Shown here one piece after another: positions 44,679-57,332 of a DNA stretch of 64,000 nt (its first letter is position 1; each line of letters begins with the position of its first letter). The position numbers and the translations under genes are program-made. Source of the DNA: Cyanophora paradoxa CCMP329. Taxonomy: Eukaryota; Plantae; Glaucophyta. The stretch spans positions 186,001-250,000 of the forward strand of contig QPMI01000062.1 of assembly GCA_004431415.1 (NCBI GenBank). Reading direction: 5' to 3'. The notes beneath the pieces are model-generated. The model ran no database searches. It was not told the origin of the DNA and was given only the letters and a program-made list of their open reading frames with translations.

Positions 44679-47600
44679 ATGGGCAAGAAAGGCCCAACAA
44701 TTGAAGAAGTGCGTACGCTCGGGCCTGATCGCATGCTAGTGAAGCGCCCCAGGCGCTCCCGCCACGTATCGCGGGCGGAAGCAAAGGACCAGAATTCGCC
44801 GCGGCGCACCTCTCCGGCGCCCACGCAAGCTAATACATTGCATTCCGCTTACTGATGATGCATTCTGACCGCGCACAGGTACGAGCAGAGTATGAAGAAG
44901 TGCGTTGGGCGTTTGGTTCTCAGCTCCGCCGGAGCCGGGATCCCTTTCCTTGGCTCGATTCATGACTAGTGGCGCCATTCTTTGCCTGACACTCTACTCG
45001 CAGCACATCAAAGCGCTGCAAGCCAAGATTCGAGCACAGGAGGACGAGCTGGGCGCGCAGATCGAGCAGGTCAAGCTATGTACAGATCTACTAGCAAACG
45101 CACAGTCGGAGCTCAGTTCCAAGGTGAGGCGCTGAGCCCGCTTGGGGCCCGCCCGTCTGAGCCGCGTCACCCTCGCAGGAGACGGAAATCGCGTCGCTCG
45201 CGGAGCGAATACGGGACCTGGAGTCGAAGCTCAAGAAGGCCCGGGCAGGGAAGGGCGGCGACGTGCGCCTCCCGCCCTCGCCCGCCCGCGCCGCCGCCCC
45301 GGGCCGCCCCGGCGCTGATCCGACCCCCGCGTACAGGACGGAGGCGATGAGGAGGTGCAGCGCGGCGCGGCGCGCGGCGCGAGCCGGGGGCGGGGGCTGA
45401 GGGCGGGGCGGGCGGGGGCAGCTGAAGAAGGAGGTGGCGGACCTGAAGTCGAAGCTGCGGAAGTCGCAGCAGGCGGAGAAGCAGCTCGAGGGCGAGCTCG
45501 AGCGGCTCGAGCAGGAGCTCGAGGAGGTCCACGCCCAGGGCAAGCGCCCCGCCCCGCCCCGCGCCCCGCGTCGCCGGCCGGGCGCCGAGGCGGGGGCGCA
45601 GCGAAGGAGGCGCAGCTGCAGGCGCGGGCGGCGGGGCGGCAGCTGCAGGTCGGCAAGAAGGGCGGCACGGAGGACGAGGCCGACCAGGTCTTCCAGGAGA
45701 TGCAGGAGGAGATGAACAGGAAGCTCAAGTGCGCCCCCCGGGGGCCGCCGCCGCCGCCCGGCGCCCCGCCGCGCGGGGGGAGTGACGCGGGGCGGGCGGG
45801 GCGTGCAGGGTGAAGGACGACAAGATCGCGTCGCTGAACAAGGAGCTGGAGAAGGCGGGGAAGGAGCTGGAGCGCTCGCAGGCGCGCGTCAAGAACCTCG
45901 AGGACATGCTCAACTCCAAGGGCAGCGCCGTGCGCCCCGCCCTGCCCCGCCCCGCCCCGCCCCGCCCCGCCCGGCTCGCTGCTCCACCTGCTCGCCGGCG
46001 GGCGCTGACGGGGGGCGGGGCCGGCGCGCGCGCAGGCGGAGCGGGACGTGAACGACCTGAAGATGGAGAACGGGAAGCTGCGGGAGAAGGTGCGGGGGGG
46101 GGGCGGGCCCCGCCCGCCCCGCCTTCTCCGCCCGAGGCGCCCCGGCCCCCGCAGGTGCAGCACTACGAGGAGGAGCTGGAGAAGATGGACGAGCTGGAGG
46201 AGGAGTGGCGGTCCGCCCAGGAGCGCGTCGCCAAGCTCGAGCAGGCGCGCCGCCGCCGCCGTGCGCTCCGGCGGGCCCGGGGCTGAGGGGCGGGGGCGGG
46301 GGCCAGGACGTGGCGGCGGGGGAGAAGGAGCTGGCGCGGGAGATCGCGAAGCGGGAGACGGAGAACAACCGCCTGCGGGAGGACCTCAAGCGCATGCAGG
46401 AGATCGTCGAGAAGGCGCGCGGCGACCGGGGCGAGCTGCGCGGCTGGCTGGGCGGCGGACGCTGACGGGCGGGGCCGGGGGCGCAGAACCTGAACGACAA
46501 GGCGGACGCGGAGGGGCGGGCGAAGGAGAACGCGGACGAGCTGAAGCGCCTCAAGAAGGAGAAGGACTCCAAGCTGTGCGTACCCCCCCCCCCCCCCTTC
46601 CCCTCCGCGGCGCCCCGCCCGTGCGAGCGCAGGGCGGCGGGCCGCAGGAAGGAGGCGGAGAAGAAGTTCGTGGAGGAGAAGGCGGCGGCGGTGGAGGCGC
46701 TGAAGGCGAGTCAGCAGAAGGAGATGGAGAAGCTGCGGAAGGCGATCGAGGACGAGAAGGCGACGCTCGTCGAGCAGTACGAGGCCGACATCGAGGGCCT
46801 CCAGCAGGCGCACGCCGACGTGACGAAGGAGCTGCAGCGCACGCGCAAGGAGCTGGCGCTGCTGAAGGACGAGAACGAGGAGCTGCACGGCGAGATCGAC
46901 AAGGCCAAGGAGCGCGAGGCCTTCCAGGAGCAGCTCGCGCTCGAGACGCGGCAGAAGGAGAAGCGCCTGCGCGAGCTCAAGAACGGGCGCGTCTTCACCA
47001 AGTTCAACTTCCGCAACTCCCGCGACAAGCCCGTCAAGGTCCGCCGCGCCGCGCCGCGCGGCGGCGGCGCGGCGCGTGCTCCGGGGCCGACGCGAGGCGC
47101 GCGCGCGCGCGCGGGCGCAGGTGTGCATCACGACCGACGACGACGGGGCGTACCTGCACTGGGGGCCCGAGGGCAAGACGCCCCCGGGCAAGCACAAGAG
47201 TGCGGCCGCCGCCTCCCTCGCTCCCCCGCCCCCCGCCCCGCGCCTCACTCGCCGGCAGTCCCCATACGGGAGATCTCGAAGATGATCCGGGGGCTGGGCA
47301 CGCCCGTCTTCGAGTCGCGGTACCACCTCCGGGTGCGCGCTGCGGGCGGGGATCATGCAGCAGCCCCGTCCGGGCCTGAGAAGCTGTGCAGCTGGACCCG
47401 GAGAAGTGCGTGTCGCTGGTGCTGGCGGGGCAGGTCGGCCGCACCGTCGACCTCTTCTCGGACTTCAAGACCTACGTCGAGACCTTCGTCGCCAACATGG
47501 CCGACCTCTACGACGTCCGCCAGCTTTTGCACGCCCCTCGCCTTCGCGTTCGAGTCTCTCTGAGTTCGGGCGGGGCGGGCCAGATCCCGGTGGACGACTC

Positions 47601-47709
47601 GCGGATCCGGAAGGTGGCGCGGACGCCGGGGCGGCAGAGCTCGCGGCGCGTCGAGGAGGAGGAGGAGGAGGAGCAGGCGAACGGGCACGACGAGGACGAG
47701 GACGACTAG
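44679..47709 (+). CDS. Long coiled-coil protein with a C-terminal PH-like domain and acidic tail
   Basis: MGKKGPTIEE followed by K/E-rich heptads over many exons. C-terminal GRVFTKF...YLHWG...IPIREISKMIRGLGTPVF...EKCVSLV...RTVDL resembles PLC/Mcp5-type PH domains. Confidence 0.8.
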
Positions 47710-48174
47710 GCCCCGCCCCGCCCCGCGCCCCTGTACCAGTAACGACACGATGCATACCCGCCTGCACCCTGCAGCTCGCCGCCGGGGGCAGGGCTCGTAG
47801 GTACCGGTGCGCGGGGTGATGCAAGAGGCCGGGCCCGGGGCTTCGGGAGGGGCAAGATTGTAACATGTTTGTAGACTGTGATACTGAATTCGAAACGCAC
47901 ATGCAGCTGCAAAACTACCAATACTACGATACTTGCAAACGCTTGAAAAAGAATAACTGGAAGGCGGCGCGGCGGGTGGAGAAAGGGCCAGGGGTTTCAA
48001 AGATGTCAATGCACGCAACTCAAGTCAACGGCTGCCAGTCTGGCAGGCTGCAGCTGCAATATTCGCGGGCCTAAGGCCCGCTTACGCTTGGAAAGGGACA
48101 ACGCGACAACGGGGGCCGGTCCGCAGGGCTCTACGCTGTGGCACGCATAGTGCCGTACTGGCCGCGAGGGGCCT

Positions 48175-50245
48175 TCAGGCAGCCGCGGCGGGGGCGGCGG
48201 CAGCAGCAGCAGCGGAGGTGCCGGGCGCTGGGGTGGGGGTGGGGGTGGGGGCCGGGGTGGGAGGGGGCGGAGGCGGGAGGCACCAGGGGACGCGGGCGGG
48301 GTCGCAGAAGACGTGGGTGGAGTAGCGGAGGACGGTCCCGTTGTGCTCGGCGGCGGCGGCCAGGGTCCAGTAGGAGAGCTCGGGGAATCCCCCGTAAGGA
48401 AAGGGCGCCACCGCCCAGAAGGGCCGCAGCAGCCGCGCCCCGTGTCCTGCCCAGGCGGAGGCGTGAGGAGCGAGCTCCGGCTCCGCCAGCGCGGGGGGCG
48501 GACCGTCGTAGGAGTGGGAGATGAACTCGTTGTGGAGGTTGCCGGGGTCGTGCCCCTCGAGGGACTCCAGGTACGGCTCCTCGGGGGGCCACCGGTCCCG
48601 CTCCATCAGCCGCCACCGCGTCGCTGCCCACCCCCCAGCTCAGAAGGAGAGGGAAGGAGAGGGGGGGGGGGGGGGGGGGGGGGGGGCGGGGGGGCAGCGC
48701 ACCGTCGTCCTCCTGGCCCCAGCCCCAGAGGTCGACGGGGAAGCCGCCGATCTCGCGGAGCAGGTGCGCGGGGAAGATCACGTTGCCCCCGAAGTACAGC
48801 TGCGCCCGCACGTACACCGGGTGCGCCCAGTCTGCCCCGGCGCGTCAGGGGGGACGAGGCGGGGCGGGGGAGGGCGCGGGGGGACGCGCTGGGGCTGAGG
48901 TGCGTCACTTTCTCGTCGTACTGGTCGTAGAGCCAGGCCTTGGTCTTCGGCAGCGTGTCCACGTCCTGCCCCCCGCCCCGGCGTCAGCTGCGGGGCCGGC
49001 GGCCTGGCGGGGCCGGGGCGGGCGCGCGTGGACGCAGATCCAGTCGAAGTCGGAGGCGAGCACGAGGGCCGCCCCCGCGTCGATCAGCGCCCCCCGGTTG
49101 AAGCGGTACCCCTCCTCTTGCTGCGCGGGCCTCGCCGGGGGCCGAGGGGGAGGGGGGGGGAGGGGGAGCGGGGTAGGGGCGGGCGGGCCTCGACGAAGAT
49201 GATCGTGAACGAGTCGGGCGAGGGGTACTGCGCCCGCAGGAGCTCCGGAATCATCTGTACCCACGGCTCCTCCTGCACCTGCCCCTGGGGATGAGCGGCG
49301 GCGCTGGAGACGGGCGGGCGGCCCGGGGGACCTTTCGATCGCGGAGGGGTACGACGACGGCCATCTTGCCCCCGACGCGCGCTGCAGGGCACTGAGGAGG
49401 GCAAGGCAGGGGGAGTGGCGGGCAGGGGCGCGCCCTTGGTCGGGTCCCGCTTGGGGAGGGTGGCCTGGAACTCCTGTACCCCCGGCTTGTACCAGGCCTC
49501 GTCCCAGGGGGCGTCCATGCAGTGCACCCCGAGGCGCTTGAGGTGGCACCCGCCCTGCAGAGGGGTCGGTCGGGGGCGGCGCGGCCGGGCGCGGGGGCGC
49601 GGGGCGGGCCTTCATGCGGAGGGCGGCGAGGGCGCAGGAGGCGTTGCGGATGCAGGCCTCGACGCACTGCCGCAGCTCCTTCACCTCCGGCAGCTGCTGC
49701 AGGTCCGCCCCGGGGCAGAACGTCCGCGGCTTCACCTGCGCGGACGGCGCTGAGGCCTAGGGGCGGCCTGCGGGGGGCGCGGGCGGGCGCGCCTGCGCCA
49801 GGGTCTTGTTCCAGAAGAGCGGGTCCGACTCGTCGAACGCCGGCGCGGGCAGCTGCCGCATGCTCGGCACGGGGATCGGCCGCGAGCACGGCGGCTCCCG
49901 TGGCCGCCCGCAGCGCGCCCGCCGCAGCGGCGCGCTTAGCGCCGTCCAGTTCGAGAGGGCGGAGAACTGCCCCGTGATGGCGCCCGTCGCGTTCGCTGGC
50001 CTCCGGAAGGCCTGCGCGCGGGGACGCGTCGCTCGTCGGTCGGATTCGGCCAGCCGCGCGCGCGGCGCCGGCACCTTCAGCCAAGCTGCAGACGCGACGG
50101 CGCCCTCGGGGCAGCAGCGCGGCCTCGTCGCGTGCGTGGCGCCCCAAACAAGCAGGAACATGCAGAAGCCGATCGCAACATAGCCGGCTGCTTCGAACAG
50201 AAGCCCGCATCCCGTTGCTGGGCCATCGCGGTACTTGTCGCTCAT
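48175..50245 (-). CDS. Glycosyltransferase family 7 (beta-1,4-galactosyltransferase-like), type II membrane protein
   Basis: N-terminal TM; VVVPLRD; IFVEQ...FNRGALI; HDVD; YFGG; GGFP..LWGWGQEDD. Confidence 0.88.
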
Positions 50246-50382
50246 CGCCGCTGCATCGCCAGCGCGCGGCTGGCCGTTCCTATCTGCTGCGCGAAGCTCG
50301 ATTCCACCTCCCTCGCAACCGCATGCGTGGGTGCGGCGCCGGCAGGAGGCGCTGCGTTATATCGCGCGGCTGCTGCAGCTAT

Positions 50383-50424
50383 CGGTCGCGCTGCTCCAGC
50401 TGCCGGTCGCGCTGCTCCAGCTGC
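50383..50424. repeat. Two perfect copies of the 21-bp unit CGGTCGCGCTGCTCCAGCTGC, with a degenerate copy upstream
   Basis: Read directly from the sequence. Confidence 0.85.
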
Positions 50425-50942
50425 GCGCTGAGCCGCCCTGGTCTGGCTGTCCGACTTGTGCAGGTACCCCCCAAAGTTTCGAAAATTCTTGGCGCGACGC
50501 GCGTCAGTTGCACTTCGCGTCAGGCTGGCGCACCAGCTCACCTACAAACTTGCATGAGCATCAACTCAGCAGCTCAAATGAACTCCCAGCTCGGCACAGC
50601 TTCGTACGCGTCCGCCCGCATGCGCAGGTGCAATTGCGAGGCGTGTGTGCAAGATCGGAAGCAAGCACCGTATATTACGTACGTCGCGAAGTGGCGTGGC
50701 ATGTGGACGTACGGCAGACCGAGCCGGCTGGTGCGTATACCTGGCGAACAGAATCTACTAGGCTAGATCAATAGATCTAGAGATCACACGCGTACGATAC
50801 CGATCGCGATCGCGCCGGCGCCCGGCGCAGGGCGTTTGGCTCGTAAGGAACCGCCTCAAGCTCTCTAGATCTGGCCGGTTACGGAACGCGGACATCGCGC
50901 GGCCTCCGATCAGCATCAAGACCCCGCCCCTGCTCAAGCTCC

Positions 50943-53900
50943 ATGCCGATGGCGATGCATGTGATCAACCGCAGCACGACGTCTTTCTGTGCAAGTGCAC
51001 GGCCGCTAGCGTCTGCGACGAATGCAAGGGCCTTGTTTTCAAACTGCAGGAAGATGATTTCTCCCAAGTGACCGAGTCGGAAATCGACATGCGCAAGCAC
51101 ACCAGTGCCGTGGAGGTTAGTTCAAGCGCCGGGGCCGGCGCCCCGATTTTGAGAGTCCCGATTGATCTACGCGCAGAACTACGTGTTCGAAACGTTGAAG
51201 GAGCTGGGCACCAAGCACGCCGTCGCCATCGCCTGCACGATCCGGCTCGCCCGTCTCTGCGCTGAGCTTGTGCTGTTCGACAAGGCCAGGGTGTTTTACG
51301 AGGTCTCCGCACGTCGCCCCAGCCTGTCTCTGCCACGCGCGCCCACGCCGCTCGCAGTGGGCGCTCCGAATTTACAGCGAGGAGGCGAGGCTGCGGGCGG
51401 CGAGCAAGCCCGGCGCCCTGGGGGACCACGCCAGAATTCTCTGCGGGCTGTTGAAGCTGGAGAACAACCTCCCCGCATGTGTGCGGGCCCTCCACGTTCG
51501 CCCCCCCCCCCCTCCCCCCCCCCCCCACCATCCCCACTTGCCCCCCCATCCCCACTTGCCCCCCCCATCATGGCATCCCCACTTGCCCCCCTCTTTGCCT
51601 CTCCAACGCGTCCCCCGGCAGTGGGCGCTGTCCTTCCGCCAGGAGAGCCTGGGGCCGACGCACGAGAAAACAGTGGAGACGGAGTACCTGCTCGGCAAGC
51701 ACCTGAGGGAATTGGGCAAGTTCGAGGACGCCTACAGTTACTTCAAGGTGCCCCCTTTGCTCCCTCCCTCCCCCCCCCCCCCCCCCGTCGACCTCCCCCC
51801 CCCCGTCGACCTCCCCCCCCCCCCTTCACGCCCCTGGGCTGGCAGGCGGCCTACGCGCACGAGAAGGAGGCGGGGACGAGGCGGCGATCGCGCGGCGCTG
51901 CTGCGACGTCCAGCTCATCGGGGACCTCAACGAAACCGCGAAGGCCCACTTCTCTGCGGGGCGCCTTCAGATTGCACTGGAGCTCCAGCAGGCGCGCTGT
52001 CGCCCCGCCGCCTCGCAGCCCCGCCGCCCCGCCGCCCGGCGAGCCCCGCGGGCGGCGCCGCAGATGGCCGTGGCGATCGGGGAGCGGGTGTGCGACAAGT
52101 GCCTGGCGCGCGGGGACCTGCAGGTGGCCTCCTCCGGCCTCGCCCCCGCCCTTCTCGCCCTCGGCGACGCCCCCGCCGCCGAGGCCGTCTACAAGGTGCC
52201 CCCGGCTCGCGGCGCCCCTGCGCCTCCGGGCGCGCCCTGCAACCGCCTCCCGACGCCGGCGCAGCGGCTGGTGTCGGAGACGGAGCGGCGGCTCGGGGCG
52301 GGGCACCCCCGCTTCGGCTCGGCCCTCTTGCGCCTCGCCGCCTGCTGCCACTTCGGGATGGGCAGGCAGCCGGAGCTCGCCGAGCCCTGCGCCCGCGTCC
52401 GCCCCCGCCGGCCCCGCCCCTGCGCCCCTCCCGCCCCTCACCGCCCCCGCAGCGCGGGTGGGCGATCCTCGAGGCCGCCCCGGGCCTCGCGGGACCGGAG
52501 GCCGCGGTCGAGATCGCGAACCTGTGGAAGATCCACGTCCAGGCGCCCCACCTGGACCCCGCCGGGACCTTCGTCAGGGCGCGCCGCCCCGGCCCGCGCC
52601 GGTCCCGCGTTCCTCACGTGCGCCGCGCGCCCTGCAGCTCGCCGGGAGGTGGGCGCGGGCGAACCCGCGCCTTTCGCTGGACATACCTCGCAGTTCCATG
52701 GTCTGTGCCACCCCCCCTCCTCCCATCCCCCCCCTCCCCCCCCTCCCCCTCCCTTCGCGATCGACGACTGACGACATATCCTGGTCGACTGCTCGGCAGC
52801 GTGATATCCTGAACGAATTCGAAGAAAAAGCGTGGCTGGAACAGCGGATTCGGGAGCACAAAGAGCTGCAGCGGAAGGAAGAAGAACAGCGGAAGCGGAA
52901 GGAAGAGGAGCAGGAGCGGGCGCGGGAGCGGGCGTTCCAGGAGAGGAGGCGGCAGGAGGAGGAGCGGGAGCGGGCACAGCAGGAGGCGGAGCGCGCGGAG
53001 CGGGCCAAGCGCGACGCAAAGGAGCGGGTGCGTCCTGGCCGGCACTGCCCGCAGCCGCCCGCCCGCTCACCCGCGCCCGCCGCGGGGCAGGCGGCGGCGC
53101 AGCGGCACATGAAGGGCGCGCAGTGGGCCCCCGCCCGCAAGCTCCTCGACGCCCTGCTCGAGGTCCGCCCGCCCCGCCGCGGCGCTGGCCGCCGGCAACG
53201 TCTGAGGGGCGCCAGCAGCGGTCGCCGGACGACGTCGAGGCCCGCCTGCTCCGCATCGGTGCGCCGCCCTTATACCTTGCACGGGCACGTCGACCCTCGC
53301 TGAGGCGGCGGCAGAGTGCATGGCGGGGGCGGGCCAGCTGGAGGCGGCCGCCCAGGAGGCGGAGAGGGCGGAGCGCGAGCTCGCCGGCTCAGACAGGAGC
53401 GCTGACGCTCTCCGCCGGTGCCCCGCCCTGGCGCATGCCCTTGAAGGGCGCGCGCCGAGCCGGCAGCAGGGTGCAGGAGCGGCGGCGACAGGTCGAGGCC
53501 GAGCTGCGGCGGCGGGAGGAGGCGACGCGGCGGGAGGAGGCGAAGCGCCGGGAGGGGGCCGATCGCGAGGAGCGGCGCGCGGCGCAGGCGCGCGAGGCAG
53601 AGAAGCAGCGCCGTGAGGAGGCGCAGCAGCGCGAGGAGGCGAGGCGGGGCGAGGAGGAGAGGCGGCGGGAGCAGGAGCAGCGGCGCGAACAAGAGCGGCA
53701 GGAGGAGCAGCGGCGGCGGGAGCAGCTTTGGCGGGAGGAGCAGGAACGCAAGGAGGCTCGCCGGCGGGAGCAGGAGCGGCGGCAGGAGGAGCGGCGGAGG
53801 GAGGAGGAAGAGCGGCAGCTGGCGGAGCGCCGGCGGGAGGAAGAGGCCCGCGCCCAGGAGCTGCAGCGGGCGGAGACCGAGCGGCGGCAGGAGCTCGAGG

Positions 53901-54896
53901 AGCGGCGACGCCAGGAGGAGGAGGAGGAGCGGCGACGGGAGGAGGAGGCGCGAGCTCGGGAGCAGCAGCAGGCGGAGGCCGAACGGCAGCGGGAAGAGGG
54001 GCAGCGAAGACGCGGGGGGCAGCAGCTGCAGCGGGCGCCCCCGGCTGCACGGAGAGGAGCCGCGGCGTGCCGCTTCTTCGCCGCCGGCTTCTGCCGCGAC
54101 GGCGACCGCTGCCGGTGGGCTTCACCTCGACGCCCTTTCGCGGCGCCGCGCCATGCCCACGCGCCCCGCCGCAGGTTCCTGCACGGGCCCGTGGCCAAGG
54201 GCCCCGCGCCGGCCGCCGAGCCTCGGCCGGCCGAGGCCGGCCCCAGCTCGCATCCAAGCAAGCAAGCGCAGGCCTGCCGCTTCTTCGCGAGGGGCTCCTG
54301 CCGCGACGGCGCGCGCTGCCGGTGCGATATCGATGCCGACCCCGCGCGGGTTCTCCGCCCACGCGGCCGCGGGGCGGCAGGTACCTGCACGAGTCCAGGG
54401 CGGCGGTGCCCGCGGCGGCCCCCGAGGAGGTCGAGCTCGATCGCGACTGCGCCATCTGCCTCGGGCCCCTGTCCGCCGGCCCCCCCGCCACCGCCCTCCC
54501 CTGCCGCCGTGCGCCACGCCCCTCCGCTTTCGCTGCCACATGCCCACGCCCCGCGCAGATCGTTTCCACGGCCCTTGCATCAAGAAGTGGCGGGCGAGCC
54601 CGCTCGCCCACGGCTGCCCCGAGTGCCGCCGGCCCTTCGACGGCCCTGCCCCTCCCGCCCCCACGGGTGCTGCTCCGTCAACGCCGGCGCGGCCCCCGCG
54701 GGCGGCGGCGACCTCGCGGGGCCCGGGCCCCGCCTCGCCGCCGCCGCTGCAGCCGGCCTCGCCCGCCACGTCCTCCGGCGGCTCCGGCGCCAGCGCCCCC
54801 GCCTCCCCGCTGCAGCTCTCCGCCCCGCTCGCTCGCCCCGACTTCCCTCGGCGCCCCACGCGACCCTACCTGCCCCCGGCCCTCTTCCCTGCTTGA
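50943..54896 (+). CDS. TPR + charged coiled-coil + 2x CCCH zinc finger + RING-H2 protein (putative RNA-binding E3 ligase)
   Basis: Kinesin-light-chain-type TPR (ALSFRQESLGPTHEKT...LGKFEDAYSYF); E/R-rich helix; CRFFAAGFCRDGDRCRFLH and CRFFARGSCRDGARCRYLH; CAIC...LPCRHRFHGPCIKKW...CPEC. The start is approximate. Confidence 0.8.
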
Positions 54897-55229
54897 GCCT
54901 TCTCGCTCGCCCCCGGTACCGGTGGATTTCGAGTTTGAATTCCCGACGTCGACACTAATTACAACGTAAACTGCTTCGTTAAATGCATGCGCATCGGTCT
55001 TAGTCAGGGCGAAAGAGGCTTATGCTTTGATCGCGGGGCAAAACGGAATATGCAAGTTACTACGGTGCGAGAAACGCAGCAGGTCATTCAAAGGGCGGCG
55101 TATTGCCAGTTGCGAAGGACAACGTTTCCGAAGAGAAGGAGAAAGCGCGATCGAGGAGGCAGCGGGGATCGACCGGAGGGGAGGAGGAGGAGGAGGAGGG
55201 CGGGGGGGCGTGGCGCGGGGCCGGGGGGG

Positions 55230-57144
55230 CTAGAGGAGGCGGCGGGAGCGGGCGATGCGGATGAATACGTGGTACATGGAGCCGCACATCCCCACGATCG
55301 ACGCCATCATCACGTAGAAGGCCTGCCCGGGGGAGGCGCCGCGTGAGGGGCGGGGGGCCGGCGGGCGGGCAGGGCGGGGGAGGGGATGCGTGCGGGCGCA
55401 CGTAGGGGTGCGCCTCGAAGCCGCTGGCGAGGTTCATGCCGAAGACGCCGGCGAAGAGGGCCCCCGTGGAGACGGACGCCGTCATCCCCGTCATCACCAG
55501 CTCCAGCCGCATGATCCGGTTCCTCACGGCGCTCAGGTGGATGCTGATGATCTCCTCCATGTTGCCCAGCTGCGTGATCAGGTTCTGCGCGTCGTTCATC
55601 ACCTCCTCGACCTGGCTGTAGTACACCTCCAGCATCAGCTCCAGCGCCTGGTGCTGCTCGGTGGGGCGCCCCCCGCGCCGCTCGTTGTCGGTGAGGTACA
55701 TGAGCGCCATGTCCTCGTCCGACTCGAGGATCTGCCGGATCGCCTTCTCCACCTCCCGCACCTCGTGCTCGTGGTCCGCCAGCCTGCGCCGGGGCGGGGC
55801 GGGGCTCGGCGGGGGCGTGCGGGGCCGGGGGAGGGCGGGGCCGGCGGGGCGCACTTCCTCCTCAACGGGAGGAGCTCCTCGAGCTTGGGGAGGATGGACT
55901 CGAGGCCCTGGACGCGGAGCGCGGCCTCGAGCTCGCCGAGGATCTGCCCCGCCTCCGCCCCGAGGGCCTCCCCGCGCGCCTCCAGGCCCCGCACCGCGTG
56001 CGAGACGATGTCCTCGAGGACGCGGAACTCGAAGGGCATCGCGGCGCTCGAGCCCGACGTCTGCACGATGAACTCCCGCAGCTGCGCCGTGTACTCCTTC
56101 ACCCCCTCCTCCTCGCACCCGAAGAGGTACACGCATCGGCTCCGGATGATCGCCCGCACGATCTGAGCGCGACCGCGGCGCGCGCGTGAGCGGCGCGGGG
56201 CGCTGGGGGCGGGGGCCGGGGCGGGGCGGGGCGGGGCGGACCCCGAGGTTGATGATGATGGCGCCCTCGCGGGCGAGGATGGCGGCCATGCGCGAGCGGA
56301 TCGAGGGGTCTACGGAGCGCAGGTCCCGCGGCACCACGCCGATCGCCAGCGCCGCCGCCACCTTCGGGATGCTGTGCGACTCCGCCACGCTCCCGTCCCT
56401 GCGCCCCGCCCCGCCCGCTCGCCCGGGCACGCCAGCCGCCCGAGATCCGCGCCCCAACGCAAACGCACGAGTTGAGGATCATGTACGACTGCGTCCCGAC
56501 GAGGGCCAGCCTCCTGCTGTCCTCGCTGATCGGGCCCCCGTTGCCGTTCCCCGTGTGTACGTGCGGCTTCAGGGCGACGGCGACGAGCTTCGGACGAGGC
56601 GCGCTGACTTCTTCCTCCTGCACGGCCGTCGACCTCCGTCGCTGCGGGTATCGCGCTCCCGCAGCTGTCACGGCCCCAGGGTGAGTGAAGCGGCACCGCT
56701 TTGATTCAAGCAAGCCCCCCTCGCACATGGACGTGGAAGGGCGGTAGCTGCGACGGACTTCGAGCGTTTGTGGTGCCGCGCAAACGCAGCCTGCAGCAGC
56801 GACCAGCCCGTAGCCGGCACATCGGGGATCGGGATCGGCGCGGCCGGCACGCCGAACAGGGGCTTCCGGAGGTCCTTCGCGGCGCCGCGCACAGCAAGAA
56901 GGCCCGCCTGGTCGGGCGGCGGCGGCGCCGGCGCGGCGGAGCCTGCGGAAGGGATTGCGTCACGGTCAGCGCATGGAAGCGGCGCGCAGCTCGTGTGCAG
57001 CCGCGCACCCACGAGCGCGCTGGTTCCGGAAACCAATCTCCTCAAAGGACGCGGCCCCGGACGCGGGGCCCGAAGCACGCGAGGCTTCGAGAAGCTGTGG
57101 CTAAGGAGCGCCAGACCGCCAGTGCTAGCGGGCAAGGCCGCCAT
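55230..57144 (-). CDS. MRS2: MRS2/CorA-family magnesium transporter, organelle-targeted
   Basis: PRDLRSVDP, ILAREGAIIINL, MPFEFRVLE, DEDMALMYLT, LELMLEVY, RNRIMRLEL, signature FGMNL and two C-terminal TMs. Confidence 0.95.
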
Positions 57145-57332
57145 TGCAACGGGCGAGCTTCTTCGCCTCCGCTTCAATCCTGGCGCGCCCTGCTGCTGTC
57201 GCCCACTCGCAATCCCACTTTGCCGCGTACCCCCCACGCCGAGCGGCTCGAGCCCGCGCATGCCGCCCGCTGGGCCTTCTGTCGGGCCTGGTGAGTCAGA
57301 TAACGATTGCTGTCACCATTTTGATCTTCAAT

